Made by a program: the position numbers and the translations under genes
The notes under the pieces: model-generated
Seen by the model: only the letters and a program-made list of their open reading frames with translations
What the model was told of the DNA's origin: nothing
The model's database searches: none
Source of the DNA: a virus
IMG/VR virus record: IMGVR_UViG_3300028581_000020
Location: 1 to 64,000 of that record
Direction: 5' to 3' (one strand)
Length of the DNA stretch: 64,000 bases
In this document: piece by piece, positions 35,299-44,657 of the stretch
Layout: each line of letters begins with the position of its first letter
How positions within the stretch are numbered: the first letter of the stretch is position 1

Positions 35299-35447
35299 AG
35301 ATTCTTTGGTTTGTCATATATTATCTAGTGTTATCTGTAATGTGTGCGGGATTTGGACTTATGGGCTGGTATCCGCATTATCGACTTATACTTCTTTCTC
35401 TTTCAGCAATGATGCTTACGAGCTGGACTTTTAGGCTTTTCAAATGA
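35295..35447 (+). CDS. 50-aa 2-TM membrane protein (not in ORF track)
   Basis: MKILWFVIYYLVLSVMC...FRLFK*, with ATGA overlaps at both ends. Confidence 0.65.
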   Translation: MKILWFVIYYLVLSVMCAGFGLMGWYPHYRLILLSLSAMMLTSWTFRLFK

Positions 35448-36106
35448 AAACATTTCTATTAGCAGTTCTATTATCCTTCACAGTTTTTGCTAAAGAGACT
35501 CGTATTAAAATCGCAGTGATTGACACCGGCATTAAAGATTCTCCAGAAATTACTCCTTATCTATGTAAAAAGGGCCATAAAAACTTTACAAAAGGAACTC
35601 TTAAAGACGTTCATGGCCACGGAACAAATGTGGTCGGTCTTATTGCTAATAACATTAATAAGAATAAAGTATGCCTATTAATTATTAAATACTACCATTT
35701 AGAAACCGATGTGCTTCCTCCTGAAAAATACGGAGAGTTGTTTGATTATGTCAGAAAACAAAAAGTCAAATATATAAACTTTAGCTCTACGGGAAGAAGT
35801 CCTATCGAAGTTGAAAGACAGCAAATTTTAAGCTTGCTTTCTAAAAAAGTACATGTTATAGTTGCAGCAGGAAATGAAGGGATTAATCTGAAATATGACT
35901 GTTCTTCTTTCCCCGGTTGTTATAACATAACGTCTCAGTATTTCCATGTTGTTGGTGCTAAAGACCTGCTAGAAAGTAATTATGGAATGCTGGGACAAGA
36001 GTATGAAAATGGAAAAGATCAGTGTTCTCTAGGCGTTTGTCTTTCGGGATCTAGTCAAGCAACTGCTGTATATACAGGAAAACTTGCGGCAAAGGAGACT
36101 CGATAA
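35444..36106 (+). CDS. Exported subtilisin-like (S8) serine peptidase
   Basis: Signal peptide. VIDTG, HGHGTNV, AAGNEG, SGSSQA. Confidence 0.85.
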   Translation: MKTFLLAVLLSFTVFAKETRIKIAVIDTGIKDSPEITPYLCKKGHKNFTKGTLKDVHGHGTNVVGLIANNINKNKVCLLIIKYYHLETDVLPPEKYGELFDYVRKQKVKYINFSSTGRSPIEVERQQILSLLSKKVHVIVAAGNEGINLKYDCSSFPGCYNITSQYFHVVGAKDLLESNYGMLGQEYENGKDQCSLGVCLSGSSQATAVYTGKLAAKETR

Positions 36107-37069
36107 GTGTTTAAAGTAAAGAGTAAGAAAGTCTTAGGAACTCTAGAAATTGGTGAAGAAATTCCTGACAGCGACTTTGCTCTGCATTGTCCACAAACTA
36201 ATGAGTTTGTTCAGTTTGAATATGTTGATGGTGAAAAGGTTTACGGACAAACTGAGGTTCGTCCTGGCATCTTTGCCATTTCTAAACGTGCAACGGGTCT
36301 TGTATTAGAAAAAACTTCTTTTGTATCTGACAATATTCTAGAAGAGTTTGTTCACACCCACGACATTCAGGACAAGATTGATTGCTTTTTTAAAAACATT
36401 CACGTATATGCGGAAGAAGGATTTGAAGTTGCTAAGCGTGGGATTTTACTGTGGGGACCTGCGGGCACCGGCAAAAGCACCGCCATCTCCAAGGTATGCC
36501 GTGGTTATGTAAACGACAATAAAACTGCGGTGATTGTCTGGCATACGGACAAATTTGAACCTCAAGTAATTAAGGGATTTATTAAGCATTTTAAATACGT
36601 TGGAGTTGAAAAAATCATCTTTGTTGCTGAAGACATTGGTGGAACAGAGCAGGAAAATGCCCGTTTTCGTAGTGACGCGTCTCTTTTATCTCTTCTGGAT
36701 AACCAAGAAAAGACTTTCACTATCCCAACGCTTATCCTGGCCACTACGAACTTTCCAGAAGCATTCCTAGCAAACTTAACAAACCGGCCTAATCGTTTTG
36801 ATGATAAGATTCAAGTCGGGTATCCTGATAAAGAAAGCCGAGGGAAACTCCTTAGCTTCTTCACAAAAGGTGCAGCAACTCCTGAAGACATCTCTCTAAT
36901 CCAAGACAACAAATGTAAAGAATTTACCCCCGCCCATATTCGAGAAATCCGTATCCGGTCCCGTATCTACTCTAAAACTATTAAACAAGTGATTACGGAA
37001 ATGCTTAAAGAAATTGCGGAATATAAAGCGATGTTCCAGGATAAGAAGGCCATGGGATTCAATGACTAA
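36107..37069 (+). CDS. Classic-clade AAA ATPase
   Basis: GPAGTGKS, FVAEDI, ATTN, NRPNRFD. Confidence 0.85.
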   Translation: MFKVKSKKVLGTLEIGEEIPDSDFALHCPQTNEFVQFEYVDGEKVYGQTEVRPGIFAISKRATGLVLEKTSFVSDNILEEFVHTHDIQDKIDCFFKNIHVYAEEGFEVAKRGILLWGPAGTGKSTAISKVCRGYVNDNKTAVIVWHTDKFEPQVIKGFIKHFKYVGVEKIIFVAEDIGGTEQENARFRSDASLLSLLDNQEKTFTIPTLILATTNFPEAFLANLTNRPNRFDDKIQVGYPDKESRGKLLSFFTKGAATPEDISLIQDNKCKEFTPAHIREIRIRSRIYSKTIKQVITEMLKEIAEYKAMFQDKKAMGFND

Positions 37070-37283
37070 AAAAATGCCGCAGCAAACCCCGCTAGTTGAT
37101 TTTATTCTAAAAGATAACACTAAGATCAATATAATTGATAAGCCTAGTCCCAGAACCTATATGGTTTCAGAATACGGCAACGAATACATGATTAATGGGG
37201 AATACGAATTTGCCATCTGCCCAGAATCCGGAAGTATTAATAGAATTATATATGACGAAATGTTTAGAAAGTTTCTTAAATGA
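37062..37283 (+). CDS. Hypothetical protein
   Basis: ORF within the operon. Confidence 0.6.
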   Translation: MTKKMPQQTPLVDFILKDNTKINIIDKPSPRTYMVSEYGNEYMINGEYEFAICPESGSINRIIYDEMFRKFLK

Positions 37284-37678
37284 AAACGACAAAAAATATG
37301 CACTGGGCAAATCCTTTTATTAAGTCCGTCAAAGATATTGTAGACCTACATAAACTCACTAAAGTAAGTGGTTATATTGTTCCATTTGGAAAAGAAGCTG
37401 TCAACGACGGGACATTGCATAAAACTGGGAATTCGTACACCCTACAAGTGAGGCTTAATTATTGTCAGGGATCTTCAAAACACGCGCACTATCAGCGCAT
37501 GCCGTTTCCGAGTATTCTAGATACACTAGCTCACGAACTTGCCCATATACAAGAATGGGAACACACGGTTGAGCATATGAAGTTACAATACCGCATCATG
37601 CAAAGATTTGCCACCGTCGTAAAAAAGAAATACGATCCTAAAAATTACTATAATATCAAGTATTGGAGAGAGTTGTGA
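37280..37678 (+). CDS. HExxH metallopeptidase-like (WLM/SprT-like)
   Basis: TLAHELAHIQEWEH. Confidence 0.65.
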   Translation: MKTTKNMHWANPFIKSVKDIVDLHKLTKVSGYIVPFGKEAVNDGTLHKTGNSYTLQVRLNYCQGSSKHAHYQRMPFPSILDTLAHELAHIQEWEHTVEHMKLQYRIMQRFATVVKKKYDPKNYYNIKYWREL

Positions 37679-38157
37679 AGGTTTGTTCCGTATCTGGTTG
37701 TGGGAAAAAAATCCATTCCCGCGGGCTTTGTAATCCGCACGCCCATAAAAAACGTCGCACAGAACATCCGACCGTGGACAAAGAATACGAAAAAACTCCG
37801 GGTGGCTTTTTAATGCGCGCGTATAGAAATATGAAGTCGCGAGTAACAGGAGTACAAAAAAAGAAGTTCTACCTGTACAAAGGTCTTTCTATTCTTCCTA
37901 AAGAACAATTTTACGAGTGGTCGAAAGAAAATAAGGACTTCTGGCGTCTCTTTAAGAACTGGGCGGATCATAGTTATGACCGAAAGTTGAGTCCTTCTGT
38001 AAATCGTATTGACTCTAAGAAAGGATACGAAATTGGCAACATTGAGTGGATTACCCATTCCATCAATTCATCGCTTAGCTCTGTTACTAAGCGTAATAAA
38101 AATAAAGAACTCGAACAAATTTATAAAACACTAGGAGTAAATAATGTCAAAGCTTGA
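37675..38157 (+). CDS. HNH-like homing endonuclease
   Basis: N-terminal CSVSGC...LCNPH, and SVNRIDSKKGYEIGNIEWIT. Confidence 0.75.
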   Translation: MKVCSVSGCGKKIHSRGLCNPHAHKKRRTEHPTVDKEYEKTPGGFLMRAYRNMKSRVTGVQKKKFYLYKGLSILPKEQFYEWSKENKDFWRLFKNWADHSYDRKLSPSVNRIDSKKGYEIGNIEWITHSINSSLSSVTKRNKNKELEQIYKTLGVNNVKA

Positions 38158-38884
38158 AAAAGTTCTAATTGTACCTGATACGCACGTTCCTTATCACGAT
38201 AAGAAAGCATTCGAATTAATGTTGAAGGTTGCGAAGAAATTCAAACCGTACCATTTGATTATCGGCGGAGATTTTATCGATAACTATTCGGTATCTTCCC
38301 ATAATAAAGATCCTAATCGAGCTTTGAAATTGAACGACGAAGTGAACGAAACCATTAAGGAACTTAAAAAACTCAAGGCTCTCGACGCCAAGAACAACGT
38401 TTTTCTAGGGGGAAACCATGAGGACCGTCTAGAGCGCTATCTGATGGAAAAGGCCCCGGAACTTTACAATATTATCTCAACTCCTTCCATTCTGAAACTC
38501 AAGGAAATTGGGTTTAATTACGTTCCTTATAAACATTCGTACAAACTAGGAAAGCTTGCAATTACTCACGATTTGGGGAAGGCCGGACGTTTCGCTCATT
38601 ATAAAGCGATGGACGATTATCAAAATAATATTGTAATTAACCACACGCACCGTTTAGGATATGCCGTCGAAGGCGATGTTGAAGGTAATAAGCACGTCGC
38701 GGCAATGTTTGGCTGGCTCGGCGATGTTGAAGGTGTTGATTATAAACATCGTCAATTGGCAAAGAAAGAATGGTCACTTGGCTTTGGTATTGGTTATCTC
38801 GATCCAAAGACGAAAGTTGTATACCTCCAGCCGATCCCCATTGTGAATTATACGTGTGTCGTTGAAGGAACCCTTTTTACTTGA
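38144..38884 (+). CDS. Calcineurin-like metallophosphoesterase
   Basis: DTH, GDFID, GNHE, NHTH. Confidence 0.85.
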   Translation: MSKLEKVLIVPDTHVPYHDKKAFELMLKVAKKFKPYHLIIGGDFIDNYSVSSHNKDPNRALKLNDEVNETIKELKKLKALDAKNNVFLGGNHEDRLERYLMEKAPELYNIISTPSILKLKEIGFNYVPYKHSYKLGKLAITHDLGKAGRFAHYKAMDDYQNNIVINHTHRLGYAVEGDVEGNKHVAAMFGWLGDVEGVDYKHRQLAKKEWSLGFGIGYLDPKTKVVYLQPIPIVNYTCVVEGTLFT

Positions 38885-38928
38885 CAAAATCATTAAGCCG
38901 TGGGAAACTATTTAAATAAAGGAGATAT

Positions 38929-39087
38929 ATGAAGTACATTATTCTGGCCCTAGCAATTTCTGCCTGTTGTTCCCATCCTCCTAAACGTGTCGTGCCTAAA
39001 GGACATAAAACGTCTGCACATAAAAAGGCACCAAAAGTCCATAAAACCCCTCCAGCACGTTCAGTTAAGGTTCGAGGGGACGTATGA
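38929..39087 (+). CDS. 52-aa basic lipoprotein (not in ORF track)
   Basis: AAGGAG SD. MKYIILALAISAC lipobox, K/H/P-rich tail. Confidence 0.65.
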   Translation: MKYIILALAISACCSHPPKRVVPKGHKTSAHKKAPKVHKTPPARSVKVRGDV

Positions 39088-39242
39088 CTCGCCAAGATTT
39101 AGAAGCTATGGACGTTCCTGACGCCCCTAGCGCCTTAGAGCTTGAGATGTTTTTAAACGACGTTCTCGATTTTGAGCCCTCATATCCAGATGAAGTTCAA
39201 AAGCTTAAGACCTGGGCAAAAGATCTATTGGAGCGTTTGTAA
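39084..39242 (+). CDS. 52-aa acidic protein (not in ORF track)
   Basis: MTRQDLEAM...KDLLERL*, coupled at both ends. Confidence 0.6.
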   Translation: MTRQDLEAMDVPDAPSALELEMFLNDVLDFEPSYPDEVQKLKTWAKDLLERL

Positions 39243-39481
39243 TGAATAACATTGAGCTTACTATGAGACAATATGTTGTGCTTAATAAGAATACCGGGGA
39301 TCTTCTAATTGCCACGCCTTTGTATCCCGAGCAAGCAAATCTAGATAACGTTGATGGGTATTCTATTTCCATTTCTGTAAAGCCCGAGAATCCTTGGGCT
39401 TTTGCATTGGAAAACGATCAGCATATGGAAGTGTATGCTGAAGGTATTAAGAATTATTTCGAGATCCTTGGAGATTTGTAA
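39242..39481 (+). CDS. Hypothetical protein
   Basis: Coupled ORF. Confidence 0.7.
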   Translation: MNNIELTMRQYVVLNKNTGDLLIATPLYPEQANLDNVDGYSISISVKPENPWAFALENDQHMEVYAEGIKNYFEILGDL

Positions 39482-39756
39482 TGGAGCTTTCCGCTTGCTC
39501 TTCTTGCGGTTGGGTTCATTTTGTTGTTTCTAGGGAACATGCGGAAAAGGAAGTGGTAAGATTTAACGAGTATTTCAATAAGCTGGGAGACAAAGAAAAG
39601 TATGAATACTATGGAGGAAAGCCTTCGAGTATTGTATCATATCAGCATTGCTTTTGTTGTGGAAATTCTTATAAAGAATTTGTAGATTACGACGTAAATA
39701 AACATAATAACATTAACGGCCATACGCTATCACCAATTATGAGGAGAGAAGAATGA
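39481..39756 (+). CDS. Small Zn-finger protein
   Basis: CSSC...CFCC. Confidence 0.65.
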   Translation: MELSACSSCGWVHFVVSREHAEKEVVRFNEYFNKLGDKEKYEYYGGKPSSIVSYQHCFCCGNSYKEFVDYDVNKHNNINGHTLSPIMRREE

Positions 39757-40169
39757 CACAGAAAGAATTTTTAGAGCTGTTTGATCGAGAAGTGGCGCTT
39801 ATGCGTGAAACGCTGGTTGCCAAGGGCAATGACTATTCTGGTGGAGATTCGGATACTCTTGCGAATTTCAAGATGACAGAAAAGTTAGGATTGGCAGATG
39901 CCGACACTGGCCTTCTTATCCGTATGGTCGATAAAATCCAGCGCGTGAAGAGCTTCCTTCAACGAGGAGAGCTTTCTGTTAAGAACGAGTCGGCAAAAGA
40001 TGCCGTTCGCGACATTATCGGCTATTCTTTCCTAGAGCTTGCTCTTATGGAAGAAAAGGAAGAGCGTGTTAATGTTCCTGTTAAATTCACAATGACCGAT
40101 GGAAAAGTCACGGTATCTCCGGTTGGTAATGAAATTAACTACGGACACGAATGGGTTATCCCTGGTTGA
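39753..40169 (+). CDS. DUF1599-like (nucleotide-modification-associated, MazG-like) protein
   Basis: KGNDYSG...ANF...IRMVDKIQR...ESAKDAVRDIIGY. Confidence 0.65.
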   Translation: MTQKEFLELFDREVALMRETLVAKGNDYSGGDSDTLANFKMTEKLGLADADTGLLIRMVDKIQRVKSFLQRGELSVKNESAKDAVRDIIGYSFLELALMEEKEERVNVPVKFTMTDGKVTVSPVGNEINYGHEWVIPG

Positions 40170-40170
40170 T

Positions 40171-40596
40171 ATGAAAGTGAAAATTAAACGTCTGCATGAA
40201 AACGCTGTAATTCCCCGGCGAGCGAAAAATGGCGACGCCGGTCTAGACATTGTTGCAACGTCAAAAGACATTCAGGAACTTTATACAGAATACGGCACCG
40301 GAATACAATTAGAGCTGCCTCCGAACCATGTAGGACTTTTGTTCCCTCGAAGCTCGATCTCCAATAAAGTTCAGATGTTATCGAATTCTGTAGGCGTAAT
40401 TGACGAAAATTACCGTGGGGAAATCAAATTTCGTTTTCGCGACCGTTTCGGAGCAACAACGAAAAATACATACGATATTGGCGATAGAATCGGACAATTG
40501 ATTATTATTCCGTATCCAGAAGTGGAATTGGAAGAAGTTGACGAATTGTCTGAAACTGAACGGGGAACCGGGGCATATGGGAGCAGCGGCAAATGA
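40171..40596 (+). CDS. dut: dUTPase
   Basis: DAGLD, PRSS, GVIDENYRGE, RIGQ, RGTGAYGSSG. Confidence 0.95.
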   Translation: MKVKIKRLHENAVIPRRAKNGDAGLDIVATSKDIQELYTEYGTGIQLELPPNHVGLLFPRSSISNKVQMLSNSVGVIDENYRGEIKFRFRDRFGATTKNTYDIGDRIGQLIIIPYPEVELEEVDELSETERGTGAYGSSGK

Positions 40597-40931
40597 TTAG
40601 TATTAGCTATCTACAAGAACTCGCTAAAAAAAGGCAAACCGAAATTGCAGATAATACGGAGAAGAAAAAACACATAGTTCCTTTTATAGTAGAGGAAAAA
40701 TTAAAACGTGCTGCGTATCTTCAACAAACACACACCACCGTAAATATTGCGTTCGAAATCGAACCTGAAAATTTTAAGAAGAATTTTCGTATATCTTTAG
40801 AAGACGTTAACGTTAATGATATCGTTGAAAAATTTGATGAGGTTGTTAAATCCCTTCAACCATTGGGTTACACTGTATGTAGTAATGCAGAATTATTTAC
40901 CAAATCAAAACACTACGTCATTGAGTGGTAA
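40593..40931 (+). CDS. Hypothetical protein
   Basis: Coupled ORF. Confidence 0.65.
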   Translation: MISISYLQELAKKRQTEIADNTEKKKHIVPFIVEEKLKRAAYLQQTHTTVNIAFEIEPENFKKNFRISLEDVNVNDIVEKFDEVVKSLQPLGYTVCSNAELFTKSKHYVIEW

Positions 40932-41239
40932 TGGGTAAAAAACGAAACGAAGAATCATACGTTGAGAAACTCGAAAAAGAACTCAGAGAAGAAAAGGCCA
41001 AAAATAGACAGCTTATAAAGCGTCTCAGAAAGCTTGACAAAGCTTATAATCGGTCCATAAAAGAAGCGGAGCAAGAAGCCCGCGACGAACTAGAAAAGGA
41101 ATTTCATGGCCACGTTGAAAAAGAAGAAGTCGAAAAGTGTCCTTCCTGTGGAAAAGGAAGACTCCTTGAAATTAACCTCGGAGCCAGAATCATCAAAAAG
41201 TGTTCCCAATGCCCCTACAGGAAAACCGAAAAAGCCTAA
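40931..41239 (+). CDS. Coiled-coil plus Zn-ribbon protein
   Basis: Heptads, CPSC...CSQC. Confidence 0.7.
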   Translation: MGKKRNEESYVEKLEKELREEKAKNRQLIKRLRKLDKAYNRSIKEAEQEARDELEKEFHGHVEKEEVEKCPSCGKGRLLEINLGARIIKKCSQCPYRKTEKA

Positions 41240-41573
41240 GACCTTCAATTTTAAATCTTTTATCATTCAGTTATTACGTCGTGGAACTTATCGTTATAAA
41301 CCTAGAAATGACGCGCTAAAAGACGCTAAAATAGCTCGTAATCAGTATAAATGTGCAACATGTTCTGGTATTTTTGGAAGGAAAGACGTTCAAATTGACC
41401 ATACAGATCCCGTTGTAAGTGTTGAAACTGGATTTGTAGACTGGAATACATATATAACTCGTATGTATCCGGAAAAACAAGGCTTTCAAATTTTGTGTTC
41501 ACAATGTCATTCTAATAAATGCTTATTAGAAAAAGAAATGCGTAAGTTTTATAAGAATAAACTTGACAAATAA
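41106..41573 (+). CDS. HNH endonuclease
   Basis: CATC...QIDH...LCSQCHSNK. Start uncertain. Confidence 0.75.
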   Translation: MATLKKKKSKSVLPVEKEDSLKLTSEPESSKSVPNAPTGKPKKPKTFNFKSFIIQLLRRGTYRYKPRNDALKDAKIARNQYKCATCSGIFGRKDVQIDHTDPVVSVETGFVDWNTYITRMYPEKQGFQILCSQCHSNKCLLEKEMRKFYKNKLDK

Positions 41574-41591
41574 TGAATTCCATGTTAAATT
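41563..41591 (+). promoter_or_regulatory. Sigma70-like promoter
   Basis: TTGACA-N17-TAAATT with TGn. Confidence 0.55.
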
Positions 41592-41606
41592 GAAAGGAAA
41601 TAAAAT

Positions 41607-41903
41607 ATGATTGTTCTTGACAAACTTAAAAAACTTATGGTATATTGTAATGAACAGGGAGTAATGCTTCCGTTACTACATGATCCAATTAAAAAGGCCC
41701 CTTCTGTGTCTCTGACATTCCTTTTCATCTCAGGGAATGTCGTTCTTGCCGGGCTTCTCGGTAAAGCCGCAGGATTCTTCGGCGGCATTGATATCTCACA
41801 AGCTCTCTATTGGTTTGGTATGTGCGCAGCTTTATATTTTAGTCGTAGCTTTTCTGGCGACGGCAAACAACAAAACATCTCAAACGATGAGAAAAAGGAA
41901 TAA
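41607..41903 (+). CDS. 2-TM membrane protein, possibly a holin
   Basis: Two hydrophobic helices and a charged C-end. Confidence 0.5.
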   Translation: MIVLDKLKKLMVYCNEQGVMLPLLHDPIKKAPSVSLTFLFISGNVVLAGLLGKAAGFFGGIDISQALYWFGMCAALYFSRSFSGDGKQQNISNDEKKE

Positions 41904-41905
41904 TA

Positions 41906-42814
41906 ATGAATAAGCTACTAATACTGTCCGGCCTTCTTTCAATTACTGCCCTAGCACAGGTTCCTCTATCCAAAACTGATATTGTTCTATCAGAAAAAAA
42001 CACGTTAGTGTTTAATACAGACTTTAATAGTCGTGATGTTGCTAAATTATCTCAGAATGCTCGGGATATGGACGCGGCCTTACCGTCACAAGAGCCTATT
42101 TTTCTTGTTATGTACTCGCCAGCAGGTAGTATCGACGCCGGTCTTGAGCTTATCGAAACGCTTACAAGTCTCAATCGACCCGTCAATACCCTATCTATCT
42201 TTGCCGCTAGTATGGGGTTTCAAACCGTCCAAGGTTTGGGTGAACGTCTCCTGGTAGCCAATGGTACGCTCATGAGCCATAAGGCCACCGGAGGATTTTC
42301 CGGTGAATTTCCCGGACAGCTAGACAGCAGATATTCTTACTATCTAAAGCGAATTGCTCGATTGGATGAGAAAGTTGTTGCTAGGTCTAAGGGAAAGCTT
42401 ACGCTAGAGAAATACCGTTCCTTGGTGGAAAATGAACATTGGTGTGACGGTGAAGATTGTGTAAAAGAAGGTCTTGCCGACAGGGTTGTTAAGGCGTCGT
42501 GCGACTCTACGCTGGCCGGAACAAATGACGTTGTTCTTGCTAAGTTTATGTTTGCCGGAGCATCAATACAAGTCAATGCTGTTAGATCTAAATGTCCACT
42601 AATCACTGGAATTTTGTCTGCTAGCGTTACTATTAATGGTGAAAACATGTACAAAGAAGCTAAACCTCAAAAAGACCCTGTCGTTGTGGATTATTATACC
42701 CAACAAGCCCAGCCGGTTCTTTCAAAAGAAGAGATTGCACAGTTGGTTATTCGGGTTGACAAAATTCTTGACGATAATAGCGGCACAAATCGTCAAGTAA
42801 TTCGAGGCTACTAA
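41906..42814 (+). CDS. ClpP/crotonase-like serine protease with signal peptide
   Basis: SPAGS, AASMG, LMSH, GLADRV. N-terminal ALA-Q signal. Confidence 0.75.
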   Translation: MNKLLILSGLLSITALAQVPLSKTDIVLSEKNTLVFNTDFNSRDVAKLSQNARDMDAALPSQEPIFLVMYSPAGSIDAGLELIETLTSLNRPVNTLSIFAASMGFQTVQGLGERLLVANGTLMSHKATGGFSGEFPGQLDSRYSYYLKRIARLDEKVVARSKGKLTLEKYRSLVENEHWCDGEDCVKEGLADRVVKASCDSTLAGTNDVVLAKFMFAGASIQVNAVRSKCPLITGILSASVTINGENMYKEAKPQKDPVVVDYYTQQAQPVLSKEEIAQLVIRVDKILDDNSGTNRQVIRGY

Positions 42815-43077
42815 TGGAGTATTTGATCGGAATTATCGGCCTCCTTCTTGGGGGCTTTATTTTTCAGCGCACAAAGCGCAAATCAGCAGAATCGCTTCTA
42901 AATAATCTTCCGGTTAAAGAAGAAGCTGCAAAGCACGAAGCCTCCGTTACCAAGAATGAGGCTTTAGGTGACGCTGAGAAACAAAAACGGGCAGACATTG
43001 AATCGGAAACAAAGGCAAAACAAGATGAATCGACTAATCTACAAGATCTTGAGCGTTTCTTTAATCGCAAGCCTTAA
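42814..43077 (+). CDS. Membrane-anchored coiled-coil protein
   Basis: N-terminal TM plus charged helix. Confidence 0.6.
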   Translation: MEYLIGIIGLLLGGFIFQRTKRKSAESLLNNLPVKEEAAKHEASVTKNEALGDAEKQKRADIESETKAKQDESTNLQDLERFFNRKP

Positions 43078-43426
43078 TATCTCAGCATTAGCACAAGAAG
43101 TAGTTATCGTACAAAAGGGTCAGGAAGCTCCTTTCACGGGGCTTCTTTTCACCAAAGAACGAGCCGATGTTATCAGGGACAATGAAATTGCTCTAGATGG
43201 ACAAAAGAAACTTAATACATCTTTAAACCTTGAACTAACGTTTAAAGACTCCTCTTTAAATGCCCGTAAATCGGAAATTGACATTCTAATGGCCCAGAAC
43301 GACAAGCTGTCAAAATCGCTCATGGAAGAGCGCTCTGTGGGCTCCTGGGAGCGTCTTAGTTGGGTAGCGGTTGGTATTTTAGCTTCAGGATTAGCATTTT
43401 ATGGACTCCAAAAAGTACAAAAATAG
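43025..43426 (+). CDS. Exported coiled-coil protein with C-terminal TM, possibly spanin-like
   Basis: Signal (ALA-Q), heptads, C-terminal hydrophobic helix. Confidence 0.5.
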   Translation: MNRLIYKILSVSLIASLNISALAQEVVIVQKGQEAPFTGLLFTKERADVIRDNEIALDGQKKLNTSLNLELTFKDSSLNARKSEIDILMAQNDKLSKSLMEERSVGSWERLSWVAVGILASGLAFYGLQKVQK

Positions 43427-44096
43427 CACAGAAGATCTTTTAACGGCTCTTAATTCTTCAGATAAAGACATTGTTATTATTGAGAAAGAAGCTCCCTCTG
43501 ACATTGGTCGGGCGGGGGTTTTTTTACGTTTGTATGATCTTATGCCCGGAAGTACTAAAATCTCACAGAATACAGTTTTTAAAGCTTATAAACTTAGTGT
43601 TAAGAAATTTAAAATCAAGTTTAAAACTAAGCAATCCTTTTTTGACTATTTAGCAACGCTAGGATTTAATACTGAGAGGAATTTTGTATTTGTCGATGGA
43701 AAAGTCAAGGAGCTGGTTTATGCCGCGACTGAAAAAGAAGTAAAGATGGCTAAATACAAGAAAGAAACCACATATAAACTTCTAGAACAGTTTATTAATG
43801 AGCTTTCGATTTCCCCAGGCGATTGTCGTTGGGCTTTTGCCAATGTTCGTACAGTGATTTGGCTATGGCTTATTAATAATAAGTTAAAAAATCGTGTAGA
43901 ATCGAAGCATATCAGTCATGCGTTCTTTAAAAAACACAAATTGGCGAGTAGTAGTACATATCATCTCTACGTCTCGGATGACGCAGATAAAAACATGAAG
44001 GAGTATTTAAATGGTAATGCAAGTAAAGAAAAAACGAGTAAAGCGCAAGAGTCTAAAATACCCGGCGCTGGACCCGGCGGTCAATCTAAAGACTAG
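43401..44096 (+). CDS. Hypothetical basic protein
   Basis: ORF only. Confidence 0.65.
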   Translation: MDSKKYKNSTEDLLTALNSSDKDIVIIEKEAPSDIGRAGVFLRLYDLMPGSTKISQNTVFKAYKLSVKKFKIKFKTKQSFFDYLATLGFNTERNFVFVDGKVKELVYAATEKEVKMAKYKKETTYKLLEQFINELSISPGDCRWAFANVRTVIWLWLINNKLKNRVESKHISHAFFKKHKLASSSTYHLYVSDDADKNMKEYLNGNASKEKTSKAQESKIPGAGPGGQSKD

Positions 44097-44424
44097 ATCT
44101 GATTTGATTGACTATGATTATATTAATAAGCTCTCTGAGAAAGAGAAAGCTTTTCTAAATGACTTTACTGAAGAATATACAAACGCTTCACTAGACTCTA
44201 AAAATCTAGAAAACAATATGCATAATACTGTTGCGTTGAAACGTGACTGTTATAAGCGCAATAATGACAGAAATGCTGACATCTATACAAAATCTAAGGC
44301 TCAGGGAATTTTATTACAGCTCGATGACTTGAAAATCTTCAATGAAAATGAAGAAGATCAGATGATTGAGCGTATTATTTTAAGAAAGAGCGTTAATAAT
44401 ACCGATGACGATGGCAACAAATGA
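44011..44424 (+). CDS. Hypothetical protein
   Basis: Last + strand ORF; its 3' end overlaps the convergent gene. Confidence 0.65.
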   Translation: MVMQVKKKRVKRKSLKYPALDPAVNLKTRSDLIDYDYINKLSEKEKAFLNDFTEEYTNASLDSKNLENNMHNTVALKRDCYKRNNDRNADIYTKSKAQGILLQLDDLKIFNENEEDQMIERIILRKSVNNTDDDGNK

Positions 44425-44655
44425 TGCTATTGCTGCAACATAACCCAAAATTTCAGCCGTAAACTTAATTTTTCTAACATGAAGTTTGATAGGTTCAAGA
44501 TCTTGTCGTAATAAACCGATACTTTCTTCAGCTAGATCTGTACGTTTAATGTGATGATCTATGTTTGATTCTTGTTTAGCAAGCGTAACCTTCATCTCGC
44601 CAATATCCTCTGAGATTTTTTCTACTTTTTCGTAAAGTTTATCAGCGATAGACAT
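44380..44655 (-). CDS. Coiled-coil protein with C-terminal TM (holin/XhlA-like)
   Basis: Heptads followed by a hydrophobic C-terminus. Confidence 0.55.
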   Translation of the reverse strand: MSIADKLYEKVEKISEDIGEMKVTLAKQESNIDHHIKRTDLAEESIGLLRQDLEPIKLHVRKIKFTAEILGYVAAIASFVAIVIGIINALS

Positions 44656-44657
44656 GA

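Noticed and set aside
37062-39242. ORFs ending FRKFLK* (37283) and KDLLERL* (39242) as tag members
   Set aside because: They lack the K-14, E-7 and LL register relative to the stop.
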